Positions 28,248 to 38,402 of a stretch of DNA of 64,000 nucleotides are shown here, in pieces (the first letter of the stretch is position 1; every line of letters begins with the position of its first letter). A program made the translations under genes and the position numbers. The notes under the pieces are model-generated. The model did no database searches, was not told where the DNA came from, and saw only the letters and a list, made by a program, of their open reading frames with translations. This DNA comes from Alphaproteobacteria bacterium. GTDB taxonomy: Bacteria; Pseudomonadota; Alphaproteobacteria; UBA828. The stretch is from assembly GCA_965243375.1 (NCBI GenBank), contig CBDEUT010000008.1, positions 787,111-851,110 of the forward strand. The letters are read 5' to 3'.

Positions 28248-28652
28248 TCACTCTCTCTTGCCAAGGAACGCGGCGTCGACATCGACGGCGTAGCCGTTGG
28301 CGAGGGCGTTGGTCTCGTTGGCCATGCCCACCACCGCCATCAGCTCGGCCAGCATGGCGTCGGTCATCCCCTGCCGCCGGGCGCCTGCGGTGTGGGAGCG
28401 GATGCAGTACTCGCAGCCGTTGGTGGCGCTCACCGCGACGTAGATCAGCTCCTTGGTAAGCGGGTCGAGGGCGCCCGGCGCCATCACCTCCTTGATGCTG
28501 TTCCAGGTGCGCGCGAGAGTCGGCGGATCGTTGGCCAGCACCTTCCAGAAGTTGTTGATCCAGTCGGTCTTGCGGGTCTCCATGATGTCGTCGTAGACCG
28601 CGCGGACCTCCGGCGGGGCGTCGTCGTACTCCACCATCGCGACCGTCGCCAT
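28248..28652 (-). CDS. Carboxymuconolactone decarboxylase / AhpD-like family protein
   Basis: MATVAMVEYDDAPPEVRAVYDDIMETRKTDWINNFWKVLA...VSATNGCEYCIRSH (CxxC AhpD motif). Confidence 0.75.
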   Translation of the reverse strand: MATVAMVEYDDAPPEVRAVYDDIMETRKTDWINNFWKVLANDPPTLARTWNSIKEVMAPGALDPLTKELIYVAVSATNGCEYCIRSHTAGARRQGMTDAMLAELMAVVGMANETNALANGYAVDVDAAFLGKRE

Positions 28653-28734
28653 GCTTTCCTCCATGATGTGCGTGCGCCTCCCGCCGGCATAGCCCGAATG
28701 CCGGCGCGCGGCCAGCGTCGCCTGGAGAGGCGGC

Positions 28735-30339
28735 CTAGATTTCTCCCCGGCCCATCAGTCGGGCGATGTGGCCGGCCTGGCGGATGGCGAGGGTGACGAT
28801 GGTTAGCGTGGGGTTGCCCGCGAGCGATGAGGTGAACTGGCTGCCGTCGGAGATGAAGAGGTTGGGAATCTCGTGGCTCCTGCCCCAGCGGTCGACCACG
28901 CCGGCCTCGGGGTCGGCGCTCATCCGGCAGGTGCCGAGATTGTGCGAGACCGGCAGCGGCGGCGAGCAGAAGATGCGGAGCGCGCCGGCCGCCTCCAGCA
29001 GCGCGATCCCGCTGCGGTAGGAATAGCGCTTCATCGCGAGATCGTTGGGGTGATCGTCGAGGTTGAGGCAGGAGACGGGCAGCCCGTACCGGTCTCGCGC
29101 GCTGGGATGCAGCGTCACCCGGTTGGAGGCGAGCGGCATGTCCTCGCCGTTCACGAAGAACCCCGCGACCCGCTCGTAGGCCTCGATCCAGCTCGTGTAG
29201 TCGCGGCCCCAGCGCCCCGGGCTCATGAACGCCGCGAAGAACGGCAGGCCGAGGCCGATGGTGCCCATGTAGAAGCCGCCGGCGAAGCCGCGCGCCGGGT
29301 CGTGCCGCGCCTCGTCGCGGATGAGGCCGGAGACGACGATTCCGCGGTACATGTGCACCGGCTTCGGGAACTCGGCGTACATGTAGGCCGTGACGTGACG
29401 CATGTAGTGCCGGCCGACCGTGCCCGATCCGTTGGCGAGCCCGTCCGGCCAGGCGCTCGACTCGGAGTTGAGCAGCAGCCGCGCGGTTTCGATCGAGTTC
29501 GCCGCGACGCAGACCAGCCGCGCCTTCTGCAGGTGATGGTTGCCAGCCGCATCGGCATAGAGCACCCCGCTGACCCGGCCGCGCTCGTCATGCTCGATGC
29601 GGAGCGCCATCGAGCGCGTGCGAATCTCGCAATGGCCCGTGGCCTCTGCGCGCGGCAGCTCCGAGACGAAGGTGGACCACTTGCCGCCCGAGCGGCAGCC
29701 CTGCATGCAGAAGCCGATCTGATCGCAGGCGTTGCGGCCGTCGCGCGGCACCGCGTTGATCGCCACGTTGTTGGGGCCGTAGTCGCGGTAGCCGACGCGC
29801 TTCGCGCCGAGCGCCATGACCCGATAGTTGTTGGAGCCCCGGTGCTGCGGGATGTTGCCTCGCCCGCTCACGCCCATCTTGCTCTCGGCCTCGCGGCAGA
29901 AGGGCTCCATCTCCTCGTGGTCGACCGGCCAGTCCTCCAGGGCGGCGCCGTCGATCTCGCCGTAGGTCGAGCGCACCTTGAACTCGTAGGGGTCGGGGCG
30001 CGGGCACATCGCCGCCCAGTGGAGCGTGGTGCCGCCCAGCCCCTTGCAGGTCCAGGTCGGCGCCGTCGGGTAGTCGCGGGCGATGGGCGAGGAGCCGGTG
30101 CAGGCGCGCTCGTCCTTCCAGGTGAGGCGGTCGTACATCGTCCACTCGTCGTTGACGAGGTCGCTCATCTTGAAGCGCGGGCCGGCCTCCAGCAGCACAA
30201 CGTCGATCCCCCGCCGGGTTAGCTCGTCGGCCATGGTGCCGCCGCCGGCGCCCGAGCCGATGATGACGACGACGCTGTCGTCGTTCAGGTCGTAGGTGAC
30301 GGCAGGGACGTCCTCGTCATCGAAATAGGGCACTGTCAT
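28735..30339 (-). CDS. GMC-family FAD oxidoreductase (choline/gluconate-dehydrogenase-like flavoprotein subunit)
   Basis: VVVIIGSGAGGGTMADELTRRGIDVVLLEAGPRF is an N-terminal GMC fold. 534 aa. Confidence 0.85.
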   Translation of the reverse strand: MTVPYFDDEDVPAVTYDLNDDSVVVIIGSGAGGGTMADELTRRGIDVVLLEAGPRFKMSDLVNDEWTMYDRLTWKDERACTGSSPIARDYPTAPTWTCKGLGGTTLHWAAMCPRPDPYEFKVRSTYGEIDGAALEDWPVDHEEMEPFCREAESKMGVSGRGNIPQHRGSNNYRVMALGAKRVGYRDYGPNNVAINAVPRDGRNACDQIGFCMQGCRSGGKWSTFVSELPRAEATGHCEIRTRSMALRIEHDERGRVSGVLYADAAGNHHLQKARLVCVAANSIETARLLLNSESSAWPDGLANGSGTVGRHYMRHVTAYMYAEFPKPVHMYRGIVVSGLIRDEARHDPARGFAGGFYMGTIGLGLPFFAAFMSPGRWGRDYTSWIEAYERVAGFFVNGEDMPLASNRVTLHPSARDRYGLPVSCLNLDDHPNDLAMKRYSYRSGIALLEAAGALRIFCSPPLPVSHNLGTCRMSADPEAGVVDRWGRSHEIPNLFISDGSQFTSSLAGNPTLTIVTLAIRQAGHIARLMGRGEI

Positions 30340-30767
30340 CGATCGATCTCCGACTCCTCCTCGCTGATCCAGTCGAGGTCGTCGAAGCCCCGTTCCTTGT
30401 AGCCACCGAGGTGGGACGACGCCCCTTCGTAGCCGAAGCGGGGCCAGAGCGCGCGATTGTCGTAGAGGTGGCGCGCAGTGCCGGCCCGCACGACCTCGAA
30501 GAACTGCGAGCCCTCGATGGCATAGAGCGCCGTCAGCTTCTCCTTCTCCGAGAGGGCGACGAAGGAGCGCCCCATCGCCGCATCCAGCGCCGCCACGCCA
30601 TCCGCCAGCAGCGTGCGCCGGGCCGTTCCCCCCTCCTCCGCAACGATGTCGACGACGCGGCGGTAGGGGGCGTCGTCCAGGAAGTCGTGGGGGTAGAGCG
30701 CGCGCGCCATCGCCGTCAGCGTCGCCTCCGCGTGCGCGTCGAGCGCGCCCTCAGGTGTCGATGCCAT
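30336..30767 (-). CDS. Gluconate 2-dehydrogenase subunit-3-like small subunit (GMC partner)
   Basis: 143 aa. Overlaps the GMC gene by 4 bp and the upstream Fe-S gene by 17 bp. Sequence-family resemblance only. Confidence 0.65.
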   Translation of the reverse strand: MASTPEGALDAHAEATLTAMARALYPHDFLDDAPYRRVVDIVAEEGGTARRTLLADGVAALDAAMGRSFVALSEKEKLTALYAIEGSQFFEVVRAGTARHLYDNRALWPRFGYEGASSHLGGYKERGFDDLDWISEEESEIDR

Positions 30768-32082
30768 AGCTCATCGCCATCAGCTCGATCGGGTGATGGG
30801 CGCGAGTCGGGTGCGCGCGGCCTTCGCCGACCCGCTCCATCCCCTGCACGATGTGCTCGCCGGCCAGCGGACACTCCGAGGCGAGATAGGCACGGCCGCT
30901 CTCGGCCGCCTGCCGGATGACCGGCTCGCCGACCTTCATGCCGGTCTCGAAATTCCGCTTCATCACGCCCCAGGTGCCGCCGTGCCCGGCGCAGCGCTGC
31001 ATCATCAGCACGTTGCTCTGCGGGATCATGCGCAGCATGACCGCAGCCTTCGCGCCGATGTCCTGGGCCCTGGCGTGGCAGGCCTGATGGAGCGCGACAT
31101 CGCCCTTGAGCGGCGCCAGCCCCTCGGCAAGCCCGTCTTCGCGGGCGATGCCCACGACGTACTCCGAGATGTCGCTGGTGTGCTCCGCGAGGCGCGCCAC
31201 CGCCGGATCGTCCGGCAGGTACTGCGGCCACGTCGTCTTCATCATCAGCGCGCACGACGGGATCGGGGCCACCACGTCCCAGCCCCGCTCGATCCAGGAG
31301 CCGAGCGCGGTCGCGACGCGGCGGGCACGCCGGCACACCTCGGCAACGTCGCCGCGCTCCAACTGCGGCATCCCGCAGCATTCGTCGTAGACGATCTGGG
31401 TCTCGACGCCGTTCTTCGCGAGCACGCCCTGGGCGGCGCGGCCGATGCCCGGGTTGTTGTACTCGACGAAGCAGGTCGCATAGATCACGGCCTTGCGGCC
31501 GGCCGCCGGCGCGCTCTCGTTCACCGGCGGCGGGGACGCCCTGGCCCGCCGGCTGAAGCGCCGGGCATGGAGGCGCGGCAGCACCGCGTCTCGGTGAATG
31601 CCGGCGAACGCCTCCATGAGCGACCGGGCGAGCCGGTTGCCCCGGCGCGCCGACCAGTTGGCGAGCGGCGCGAAAGTGCCGAGCCAGCGGCCGTTGCGGT
31701 CGGTCTCGCCCAGCGCGCGCTCCATGGGGCCGACCGCGCCGTCGCGCAGCGCTCGCGCCCGCTGGCGGACCATCAGCGCGGGAAAGTCCACCGCGTGCAC
31801 GTGCGGCGGCGTGTAGGGGCAGACCGGATAGCACATGTCGCAGAGCGTGCAGGCCGCACCCACGCTCTCGAAGCCGGCGCTCTTCACCGCGGCCACGCCG
31901 CCGGCTCCGTCGATCAGGTCGAAGAGCCTCGGGAAGCTCTCACAGAGGTCCTCGCAGCGACGGCAGGTGTGGCACACGCCCGCGACGCGGCACAGCTCGT
32001 CGTCGAGTGCGCCTGCGTCGAGGTACGCGGGCGCCTCCCAGTCGATGGCAGGGCGCGCTTCGGACCCCCCCTGCCCCGCCAT
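30751..32082 (-). CDS. (Fe-S)-binding protein with two 4Fe-4S ferredoxin motifs and CCG domains (GlcF/GlpC/LutA-like)
   Basis: CHTCRRCEDLC and CTLCDMCYPVCPY cluster motifs, then CCG-type boxes (DECCGMP, PSCALMM, QRCAGHGG). Start placed at MAGQGGSEARP (32082) after AAGGGCGG. Confidence 0.75.
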   Translation of the reverse strand: MAGQGGSEARPAIDWEAPAYLDAGALDDELCRVAGVCHTCRRCEDLCESFPRLFDLIDGAGGVAAVKSAGFESVGAACTLCDMCYPVCPYTPPHVHAVDFPALMVRQRARALRDGAVGPMERALGETDRNGRWLGTFAPLANWSARRGNRLARSLMEAFAGIHRDAVLPRLHARRFSRRARASPPPVNESAPAAGRKAVIYATCFVEYNNPGIGRAAQGVLAKNGVETQIVYDECCGMPQLERGDVAEVCRRARRVATALGSWIERGWDVVAPIPSCALMMKTTWPQYLPDDPAVARLAEHTSDISEYVVGIAREDGLAEGLAPLKGDVALHQACHARAQDIGAKAAVMLRMIPQSNVLMMQRCAGHGGTWGVMKRNFETGMKVGEPVIRQAAESGRAYLASECPLAGEHIVQGMERVGEGRAHPTRAHHPIELMAMSYGIDT

Positions 32083-32098
32083 ATCGCGCGCGCCGCCC

Positions 32099-33445
32099 TT
32101 AGCCGAGGACGGCCTTCGTTGAGTCGGCAGTGATTTCCACCATCCGGTCGATGGTCTCGTCGTCGATAATGATCGGCGGCGCGACCATATAGACGTCCGG
32201 CCGGAAGCGGCTGAAGAGCCCGCGCGCCACCGCCTCGGCGTTGATCTTGGCGGCGATGCCGTCGCCAGGATCGAAGTTCTCCTTGGTCGCACGGTCCTTC
32301 ACGTACTCCACGCCGCACATGAGCCCGAGCCCGCGGATGTCGCCGACATTGGGATGGTCGGCAAGGGCGTCCTTGAGCCCGACCAGCAGGCGCTTGCCCT
32401 TCGCCGCGGCCTGGCCGGGGAAATCCTCGCGCTCGACCAGGTCGAGCATCGCGCAGCCGATGGCGCAGCCGGTGGGATGCGCACTGTAGGTGTAGGCGTG
32501 CATCCAGGGCTTGCCGCTCTCGTGCATCGTGTTGGCGATCTCGTCGCTGATCCCGATGCCGCCGAGGGAGAAGTAGCCGGAGGTGATGGCCTTGGCGAAC
32601 TGGATCATGTCGGGCTCGACGCCCCAGTGCTGCAGACCGAACATCTTGCCGGTGCGGCCGAACCCGGTGATGACCTCGTCCGAGACCATCAGCACATCGT
32701 ACTTGGAGCAGATCTCGCGAATGCGCGGGAAGTAGTCGGGCTGGGGCGGAATCACGCCGCCGCCGCCCTGCACGGGCTCGGCGATGAACATCGCCACCGT
32801 CTCCGGCCCTTCCGCGAGAATGGCCTTCTCCAGCTCGTCCGCCGCTGCGATGCCCTGGCTCTCCGCCCCCTCCGGCGCCTCGTAGCGATAGGGGTAGGGG
32901 CTCGGGATATGGGTGAAGCCCGGCATGCGCGGCTCGAACGCCGGCCAGTAGATGCTCATGCCCGTCGCGCACATGGCCGCGAGCGTGACGCCGTGATAAC
33001 CCCAGATGCGCGAGATGACCTTGGTCTTCTCCGGCTGGCCCTTCAGCTTCCAGTAGTAGCGGGCCATCTTGATGTTGCTGTCGGTCGCCTCGCCGCCGCC
33101 CGACGTGAAGAAGAAGTGGTTGATGTTGGGGTAGGTGATGCGGGCGAGCTTCTCGGCAAGCTCGATCGCGCGCGGGTTGGTGCTGCCGGCATACCCCGAC
33201 GCGTACGCCATCTCGGCGAGCTGCTTGCTTCCGGCCTCGATCAGCTCGCGGCAGCCGTTGCCGGCGGTGTTGTTCCAGAGGCCCGAGAGGCCGTCGATAT
33301 AGCGGTCCCCGTTCGCATCGACGAGAAAGGCCCCTTCCCCGCCGACCCAGACCTTGCCGGTGGCGTGGGTGGCACGGCTGTGCAGCGGATGGAGCAGGTG
33401 CGCGTTGTCTCGATCGAGCAGCGCAGCTTCGGCGTCGTTGGACAT
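32099..33445 (-). CDS. Class III aminotransferase (omega-amino acid:pyruvate type)
   Basis: MSNDAEAALLDRDNAHLLHP...FFFTSGGGEATD...DEVITGFGRTGK motifs. GGGAGGAA RBS before the ATG at 33445. Confidence 0.85.
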   Translation of the reverse strand: MSNDAEAALLDRDNAHLLHPLHSRATHATGKVWVGGEGAFLVDANGDRYIDGLSGLWNNTAGNGCRELIEAGSKQLAEMAYASGYAGSTNPRAIELAEKLARITYPNINHFFFTSGGGEATDSNIKMARYYWKLKGQPEKTKVISRIWGYHGVTLAAMCATGMSIYWPAFEPRMPGFTHIPSPYPYRYEAPEGAESQGIAAADELEKAILAEGPETVAMFIAEPVQGGGGVIPPQPDYFPRIREICSKYDVLMVSDEVITGFGRTGKMFGLQHWGVEPDMIQFAKAITSGYFSLGGIGISDEIANTMHESGKPWMHAYTYSAHPTGCAIGCAMLDLVEREDFPGQAAAKGKRLLVGLKDALADHPNVGDIRGLGLMCGVEYVKDRATKENFDPGDGIAAKINAEAVARGLFSRFRPDVYMVAPPIIIDDETIDRMVEITADSTKAVLG

Positions 33446-33668
33446 CTCGGTCGTTCCTCCCTGTAGCGACCGCGCGAATCCCCGCTCGGCCAGTCCTCCG
33501 CCGCCAGTTTGGCCGGCAGGGCGGGTTCGATCAAGTGAGGCGGACCCCGATGCGCAGGAGAGGCTCGCACCGGCGCAAACCGCTTGGCATGGCCTCCCGA
33601 ATAGGCGTAAAGGTGGACGTGGTGAGCGCCGATACGTAGCCCAGCGGGGCCCGCAACACGATTGGCCG

Positions 33669-34115
33669 ATGGACGAGAACGCGCACGACGACACGCTGGA
33701 GCTCTCGCTGGTCAACGACCTGCAGGAGATTGCCGCCGCCGCTGCAAGAATCGACGCCTTCTGCGAACAGCGGGAGATCACGACGCAGATCGCCTATGCG
33801 GTCAATCTCTCGATCGACGAGATCCTGACCAACACCATCAGCTACGGCTACGACGACGACGAGCAGCATCGGATCGGGCTCTCCATGTGCATGGAGGGCG
33901 ATGTCCTCGTCGTCCAAGTCGTGGATGACGGCCGCGCGTTCGACTCCTCGCTGGAGAGGGAGCCGGATACCGACTCGTCTCTGGAAGAGCGCTCTCTCGG
34001 CGGTCTCGGCCTCTTCCTCGTTCAACAGATGATGGACGACGTGACCTACCAGCGCCGCGACGAGCTGAATGTCATCACGCTGAGAAAGAACACGGCCGAG
34101 CAGGCCAAGCAATAA
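33669..34115 (+). CDS. Anti-sigma regulatory factor / serine-protein kinase, RsbW-like (HATPase_c)
   Basis: SIDEILTNTISYG...VVDDGRAFD...GGLGLFLVQQMMDDV are GHKL ATPase motifs. Start at MDENAHDD (33669) is tentative. Confidence 0.6.
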   Translation: MDENAHDDTLELSLVNDLQEIAAAAARIDAFCEQREITTQIAYAVNLSIDEILTNTISYGYDDDEQHRIGLSMCMEGDVLVVQVVDDGRAFDSSLEREPDTDSSLEERSLGGLGLFLVQQMMDDVTYQRRDELNVITLRKNTAEQAKQ

Positions 34116-34301
34116 GCGCAACGATCCGGTCCCGGGGCTCGCGAACGGCGCGCACCCATGTCCAAAAGCTATCGCATTGAACGCGCCGGCATACTACGGT
34201 TCGGGAACGCGGGCACAGGACAAGGCGGCGACAAGGCCGCCGCGCGACTTGCCGGCACGTGCCGCGCGCCTGTTGGCAGATGAACTTCGGCGGAGACGGC
34301 G

Positions 34302-35834
34302 ATGAGCGCTCGGGTATTCGAGGAGGTGGAGCGCGAGCGGATACGGGAGCTTTCCAAGGCCGCGTTCGAGGAGCAGGCGGCGGCCTTGCGGGTCTCCCTG
34401 GTGGAGGCGCAGCGCCATCTCGCTAACGCGGACTTTCCGGTCGTCGTGCTGTTCGCGGGCGTGGACGGTGCGGGCAAGGGGGAGACGGTCAACCTTCTCA
34501 CCGAGTGGCTCGATCCGCGCCGGATCGTCACACATGCCTACGACCGGCTGACGGAGGAGGAAGGCCAGCGGCCCGAGTTCTGGCGCTACTGGCGCGACCT
34601 GCCGGCACGCGGTCGGCTCGGGCTCTTCCTCAGCGCGTGGTATTCCGAGCCCCTGCTGGATCGCGCCTACGGGCGCATCGGGCCGAGCGCCCTCGACCGG
34701 CGGCTCGCGCGCATCGCGGCGTTCGAACGGACGCTCGCGGACGACGGTGTGCTGATCCTCAAGTTCTGGATGCACCTCGACAAGAAGGCGCAGCAGCAGC
34801 GCCTGGAGGCGATGCAGAAGCACCCGCGCGACCACTGGCGGATCTCGCAGTGGGACTGGCGCAACTGGCACCGCTACGAGCACTTCAACGAGGCCGCCGA
34901 GCACATCATCACCCGCACCAGCACCGCCGAGGCGCCGTGGCTCGTGGTGGATGGCCGCCACGCACGGTATCGCTCGCTCCGGGTGCTGGGCATGGTGCAC
35001 CGGGCGCTCGAAGCGCGCCTGGCGGGCCTGCCGCCGCCGGATGCGGGCTTCCGCGCCCGCGCACCGGTCGTGGGCCCGGCGGTGGTCGGTGCGACGGTGC
35101 GGGAGGTCAAACCGCTCGCGACGATCGATCATTCGAACGTCGTGGGCCGCAAGGCCTACGAGAAGTCGATGGCGCGCCTCAGGGCCGATCTCTACTGGCT
35201 CGCCGCACAGAACCTCCTGCACGGCCTCTCGGTCGTGCTCGTGTTCGAGGGCTGGGATGCCGGCGGCAAGGGCGGCGCCATCCGGCGCATGGTCTCGGCG
35301 CTGGACGCCCGCAGCTACCGCGTGCATCAGGTCAGCGCGCCGAGCGACGAGGAGCGCGCCCATCACTACCTCTGGCGCTTCTGGCGCAGGTTGCCCGAGG
35401 CCGGGCAGATCGCCGTGTTCGACCGCAGCTGGTACGGCCGGCTCCTGGTCGAGCGTGTCGAATCCTTCGCGACCGAGGCGGAATGGCGGCGCGCCTACGC
35501 CGAGATTCGCGACTTCGAGGAGCAGATCATCGGCCACGGCACGCTGCTGATGAAGTTCTGGCTCCACATCGACAAGGACGAGCAGGAGCGGCGCTTCCTC
35601 GCGCGCAAGGAGAACCCCTACAAGAGCTGGAAGCTGACAGAGGAGGACTGGCGCAACCGCGCCAAGTGGGAGGCCTACGAGGACGCCGCCAACGACATGA
35701 TCGCCGGCACCAGCACCCGCGAGGCGCCGTGGACTCTTGTCCCCGGCAACAACAAGCGGCACGCCCGCCTCGAAGTCCTGCGAACCCTCTGCGCCGCCCT
35801 GCAATCGCGCCTCAGCGAACGCGCAGCGGAGTAA
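34302..35834 (+). CDS. Two-domain polyphosphate kinase 2 family protein (polyphosphate:AMP phosphotransferase-like)
   Basis: Two PPK2 repeats, each with a Walker-A-like GVDGAGKGE / GWDAGGKGG motif and a lid. 510 aa. Confidence 0.85.
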   Translation: MSARVFEEVERERIRELSKAAFEEQAAALRVSLVEAQRHLANADFPVVVLFAGVDGAGKGETVNLLTEWLDPRRIVTHAYDRLTEEEGQRPEFWRYWRDLPARGRLGLFLSAWYSEPLLDRAYGRIGPSALDRRLARIAAFERTLADDGVLILKFWMHLDKKAQQQRLEAMQKHPRDHWRISQWDWRNWHRYEHFNEAAEHIITRTSTAEAPWLVVDGRHARYRSLRVLGMVHRALEARLAGLPPPDAGFRARAPVVGPAVVGATVREVKPLATIDHSNVVGRKAYEKSMARLRADLYWLAAQNLLHGLSVVLVFEGWDAGGKGGAIRRMVSALDARSYRVHQVSAPSDEERAHHYLWRFWRRLPEAGQIAVFDRSWYGRLLVERVESFATEAEWRRAYAEIRDFEEQIIGHGTLLMKFWLHIDKDEQERRFLARKENPYKSWKLTEEDWRNRAKWEAYEDAANDMIAGTSTREAPWTLVPGNNKRHARLEVLRTLCAALQSRLSERAAE

Positions 35835-35886
35835 GGCGGCGGGAGGGCGTCTCCCGCCTTCAACGAGTCAGAACGCGCGGCAGCAC

Positions 35887-36446
35887 CTATTCCTGAGACG
35901 CCCGCAACTCATCCACGCCGACCAACTCCCGAAGAGTGATCGGGTTTGCCGGCGCCAGTGCACGCCGGAAGTGCCGAAGCTCCAATGCGGCACTGAAAGC
36001 CGCCATCACCTCATCCTGCGCGACCGGCAATGCCTCGCCCAGCCGTTCCACGCACCAGCGCTCCACGTCGGACCAGCGCCACAGTCGATAGCGACCGCGC
36101 GGGTCGGTGACCGGTTGCGGAAATCCGCCGGGGCCGCGGGCACCGCTCACCAGCAATCGAACACTCTCTCGAGTGCGGCTGAGGCGGGCGGCGATATCCG
36201 CCAGCGATGCGAGGCCGGCGTCGGCAATGCGCACGACCTCGACCCCCTCCAGCTTTTCCAGGTCGTCCACCGCCGAAAGGATGGCCCGGTCGAGAGTCCC
36301 GGCCTCACGATCGAAATCCACGAACTGGATTGCATCGCTTCGTCCGATCGCCGCATCGTCGCACCCGGCCTCGAACAGCGCGTCGATGCACGACTCGTCC
36401 TGAAGGTCGGGCCCCTCGACGATCAAGGTGAAGTGATACGTAGGCA
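35887..36446 (-). CDS. HTH DNA-binding protein, possible HicB-like antitoxin
   Basis: MPTYHFTLIVEGPD... N-terminal domain plus HTH LASLADIAARLSRTRESVRLLVSG. GAGGTGG RBS. Lies directly downstream of a HicA-like ORF. Confidence 0.45.
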
Positions 36447-36457
36447 TTTCAGCCACC

Positions 36458-36700
36458 TCACGTTCGCTGAGCCCAAGAGTGCGGGCAACGGGCGACGAAA
36501 CGTCGCACCTGCTTGGCATGGTTGCCGGCGTTGCGGGGGGTGGACCAGATCGAAATTTGGCAACCGTAAGGACCATCCACGCCGCATCTCATCACACCCC
36601 AGCGATGCCCCGATTGCGTCGGCGTCACGGTCCAACCGCCACGTTCGGCATCGCGTATCGCACCCTCCACCTCCTTCTTCGGATGCCTGGCCCGAGGCAT
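36458..36700 (-). CDS. Possible HicA-like small toxin (YcfA fold)
   Basis: MPRARHPKKEVEGAIRDAERGGWTVTPTQSGHRWGVMR... resembles the HicA consensus (..GW..vR..GSHr.f). About 80 aa, immediately upstream of the HTH gene. Confidence 0.4.
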   Translation of the reverse strand: MPRARHPKKEVEGAIRDAERGGWTVTPTQSGHRWGVMRCGVDGPYGCQISIWSTPRNAGNHAKQVRRFVARCPHSWAQRT

Positions 36701-36896
36701 GTTGACACGATACAACAACCGCAGCGGGAGCGTCCACCGCCGCAGTCGGAAGTGATCTCCACTCCAACCTTGACCGCGACGCTTCGATCGGACGAACTGC
36801 GGCCGGCGGCTTGCTCGACGCGGCGAACTGCCTGTTGAGACAGCCTTATGCGGAACCTGCGGAGACAGCCACGCAAGATATGACTACAGGAACAGG

Positions 36897-38402
36897 ATGA
36901 CCGAGGCGATGTCGACGGACGTCGTGGTCGTGGGCGGCGGCAACGCCGCGCTTGCGGCAGCGCTCGCAGCGGCGGAGGCCGGTGCCAGCGTGCGCCTGCT
37001 GGAGGCCGCGCCGGAAGAGGAGCGCGGCGGCAACAGCACCTATACCGCAGGCGCCATGCGGACGGTCTTCGACGGTCCCGATTCGCTCCGCGCGCTGATG
37101 CCCGACCTCTCCGAGCGCGAGCTGGCGGAGACCGATTTCGGCGCCTACGCCGAGGCCGACTACTACGACGACATGGCGCGGCTCACCCAGTACCGCGCCG
37201 ACCCCGACCTCGTGGAGCAGCTCGTCACCCGCAGCCACGCCACGCTCGTCTGGATGCGCGAGAAGGGTGTGCGCTTTCAGCCGAGCTACGGCCGCCAGGC
37301 ATTCAAGCGGGACGACGGCCGCTTCCGCTTCTGGGGCGGGCTCGCGGTCGAGGTCTGGGGCGGCGGGCCGGGCCTTGTCGCGGCTCTCTATGAGGCCGCA
37401 GCGAAGGCGGGCATCACCGTCCACTACCAGGCCCCGGCGCTTTCCCTGCTCGCGGACGACGGCGGCGTGCACGGTGTGATCGCACGCGTCGGCGGGCGCA
37501 CGACAGACGTCTATTCGCGGGCCGTGGTGCTCGCCTGCGGCGGCTTCGAGGCCAATGCCGCCTGGCGCGCGCGCTATCTCGGGCCCGGCTGGGACCTCGC
37601 CAAAGTGCGCGGGACCCGCTTCAACCAGGGCGACGGCATTCGCATGGCGCTCGACGCCGGCGCCATGGCGGCCGGCAACTGGTCGGGCTGCCACGCGGTC
37701 GCCTGGGACCGCAACGCGCCCGAGTACGGCGACCTCACGGTAGGCGACGGCTTACAGAAACACAGCTACCCGTTCTCCATCGTCGTCAACGCGGCGGGCG
37801 AACGGTTCGTGGACGAGGGCGCGGATTTTCGGAACTACACCTACGCCGCCTATGGCCGCCGGGTGCTGGAGCAGCCGGGCCAGGTGGCGTGGCAGGTGTT
37901 CGACGCGCAGGTGACCCACCTGCTGCGCGACGAGTACCGCATCCGCCAGGTCACCAAGGCGAAGGCCGACACGCTGGAGGCGCTTGCGGCGCGCATGGAG
38001 GGCATCGACGGCCCGCGTTTCCTCGCGACCGTGCGGGCGTACAACGACGCCGTGATGACCGGAGTCCCCTTCGACCCGACCGTGAAGGACGGCCGCGGCA
38101 CCCGTGGCATCGCGCCGCCCAAGTCCAACTGGGCCCACCGGATCGAGACCCCGCCCTTCGAGGCCTACGCCGTCACCTGCGGCATCACCTTCACCTTCGG
38201 CGGGCTCGCCATCGACCCCGGCGCCCGGGTGCAGGCGGTCTCCGGCGCGCCGATCCCCGGCCTCTTCGCGGCAGGCGAGCTGGTCGGCGGGCTCTTCTAC
38301 GGCAACTATCCGGGCGGCACGGGGCTGGTCTCGGGCGCGGTCTTCGGCCGCCTCGCCGGCGACGGCGCCGCCCAATTCGCGAAGGAAGGCCGCAAACGGT
38401 GA
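36897..38402 (+). CDS. tcuA: FAD-dependent tricarballylate dehydrogenase-like flavoprotein (TcuA / fumarate-reductase flavoprotein family)
   Basis: VVVVGGGNAALAAALAAAEAGASVRLLEA... 501 aa with the succinate-DH/FRD flavoprotein architecture. Confidence 0.75.
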   Translation: MTEAMSTDVVVVGGGNAALAAALAAAEAGASVRLLEAAPEEERGGNSTYTAGAMRTVFDGPDSLRALMPDLSERELAETDFGAYAEADYYDDMARLTQYRADPDLVEQLVTRSHATLVWMREKGVRFQPSYGRQAFKRDDGRFRFWGGLAVEVWGGGPGLVAALYEAAAKAGITVHYQAPALSLLADDGGVHGVIARVGGRTTDVYSRAVVLACGGFEANAAWRARYLGPGWDLAKVRGTRFNQGDGIRMALDAGAMAAGNWSGCHAVAWDRNAPEYGDLTVGDGLQKHSYPFSIVVNAAGERFVDEGADFRNYTYAAYGRRVLEQPGQVAWQVFDAQVTHLLRDEYRIRQVTKAKADTLEALAARMEGIDGPRFLATVRAYNDAVMTGVPFDPTVKDGRGTRGIAPPKSNWAHRIETPPFEAYAVTCGITFTFGGLAIDPGARVQAVSGAPIPGLFAAGELVGGLFYGNYPGGTGLVSGAVFGRLAGDGAAQFAKEGRKR

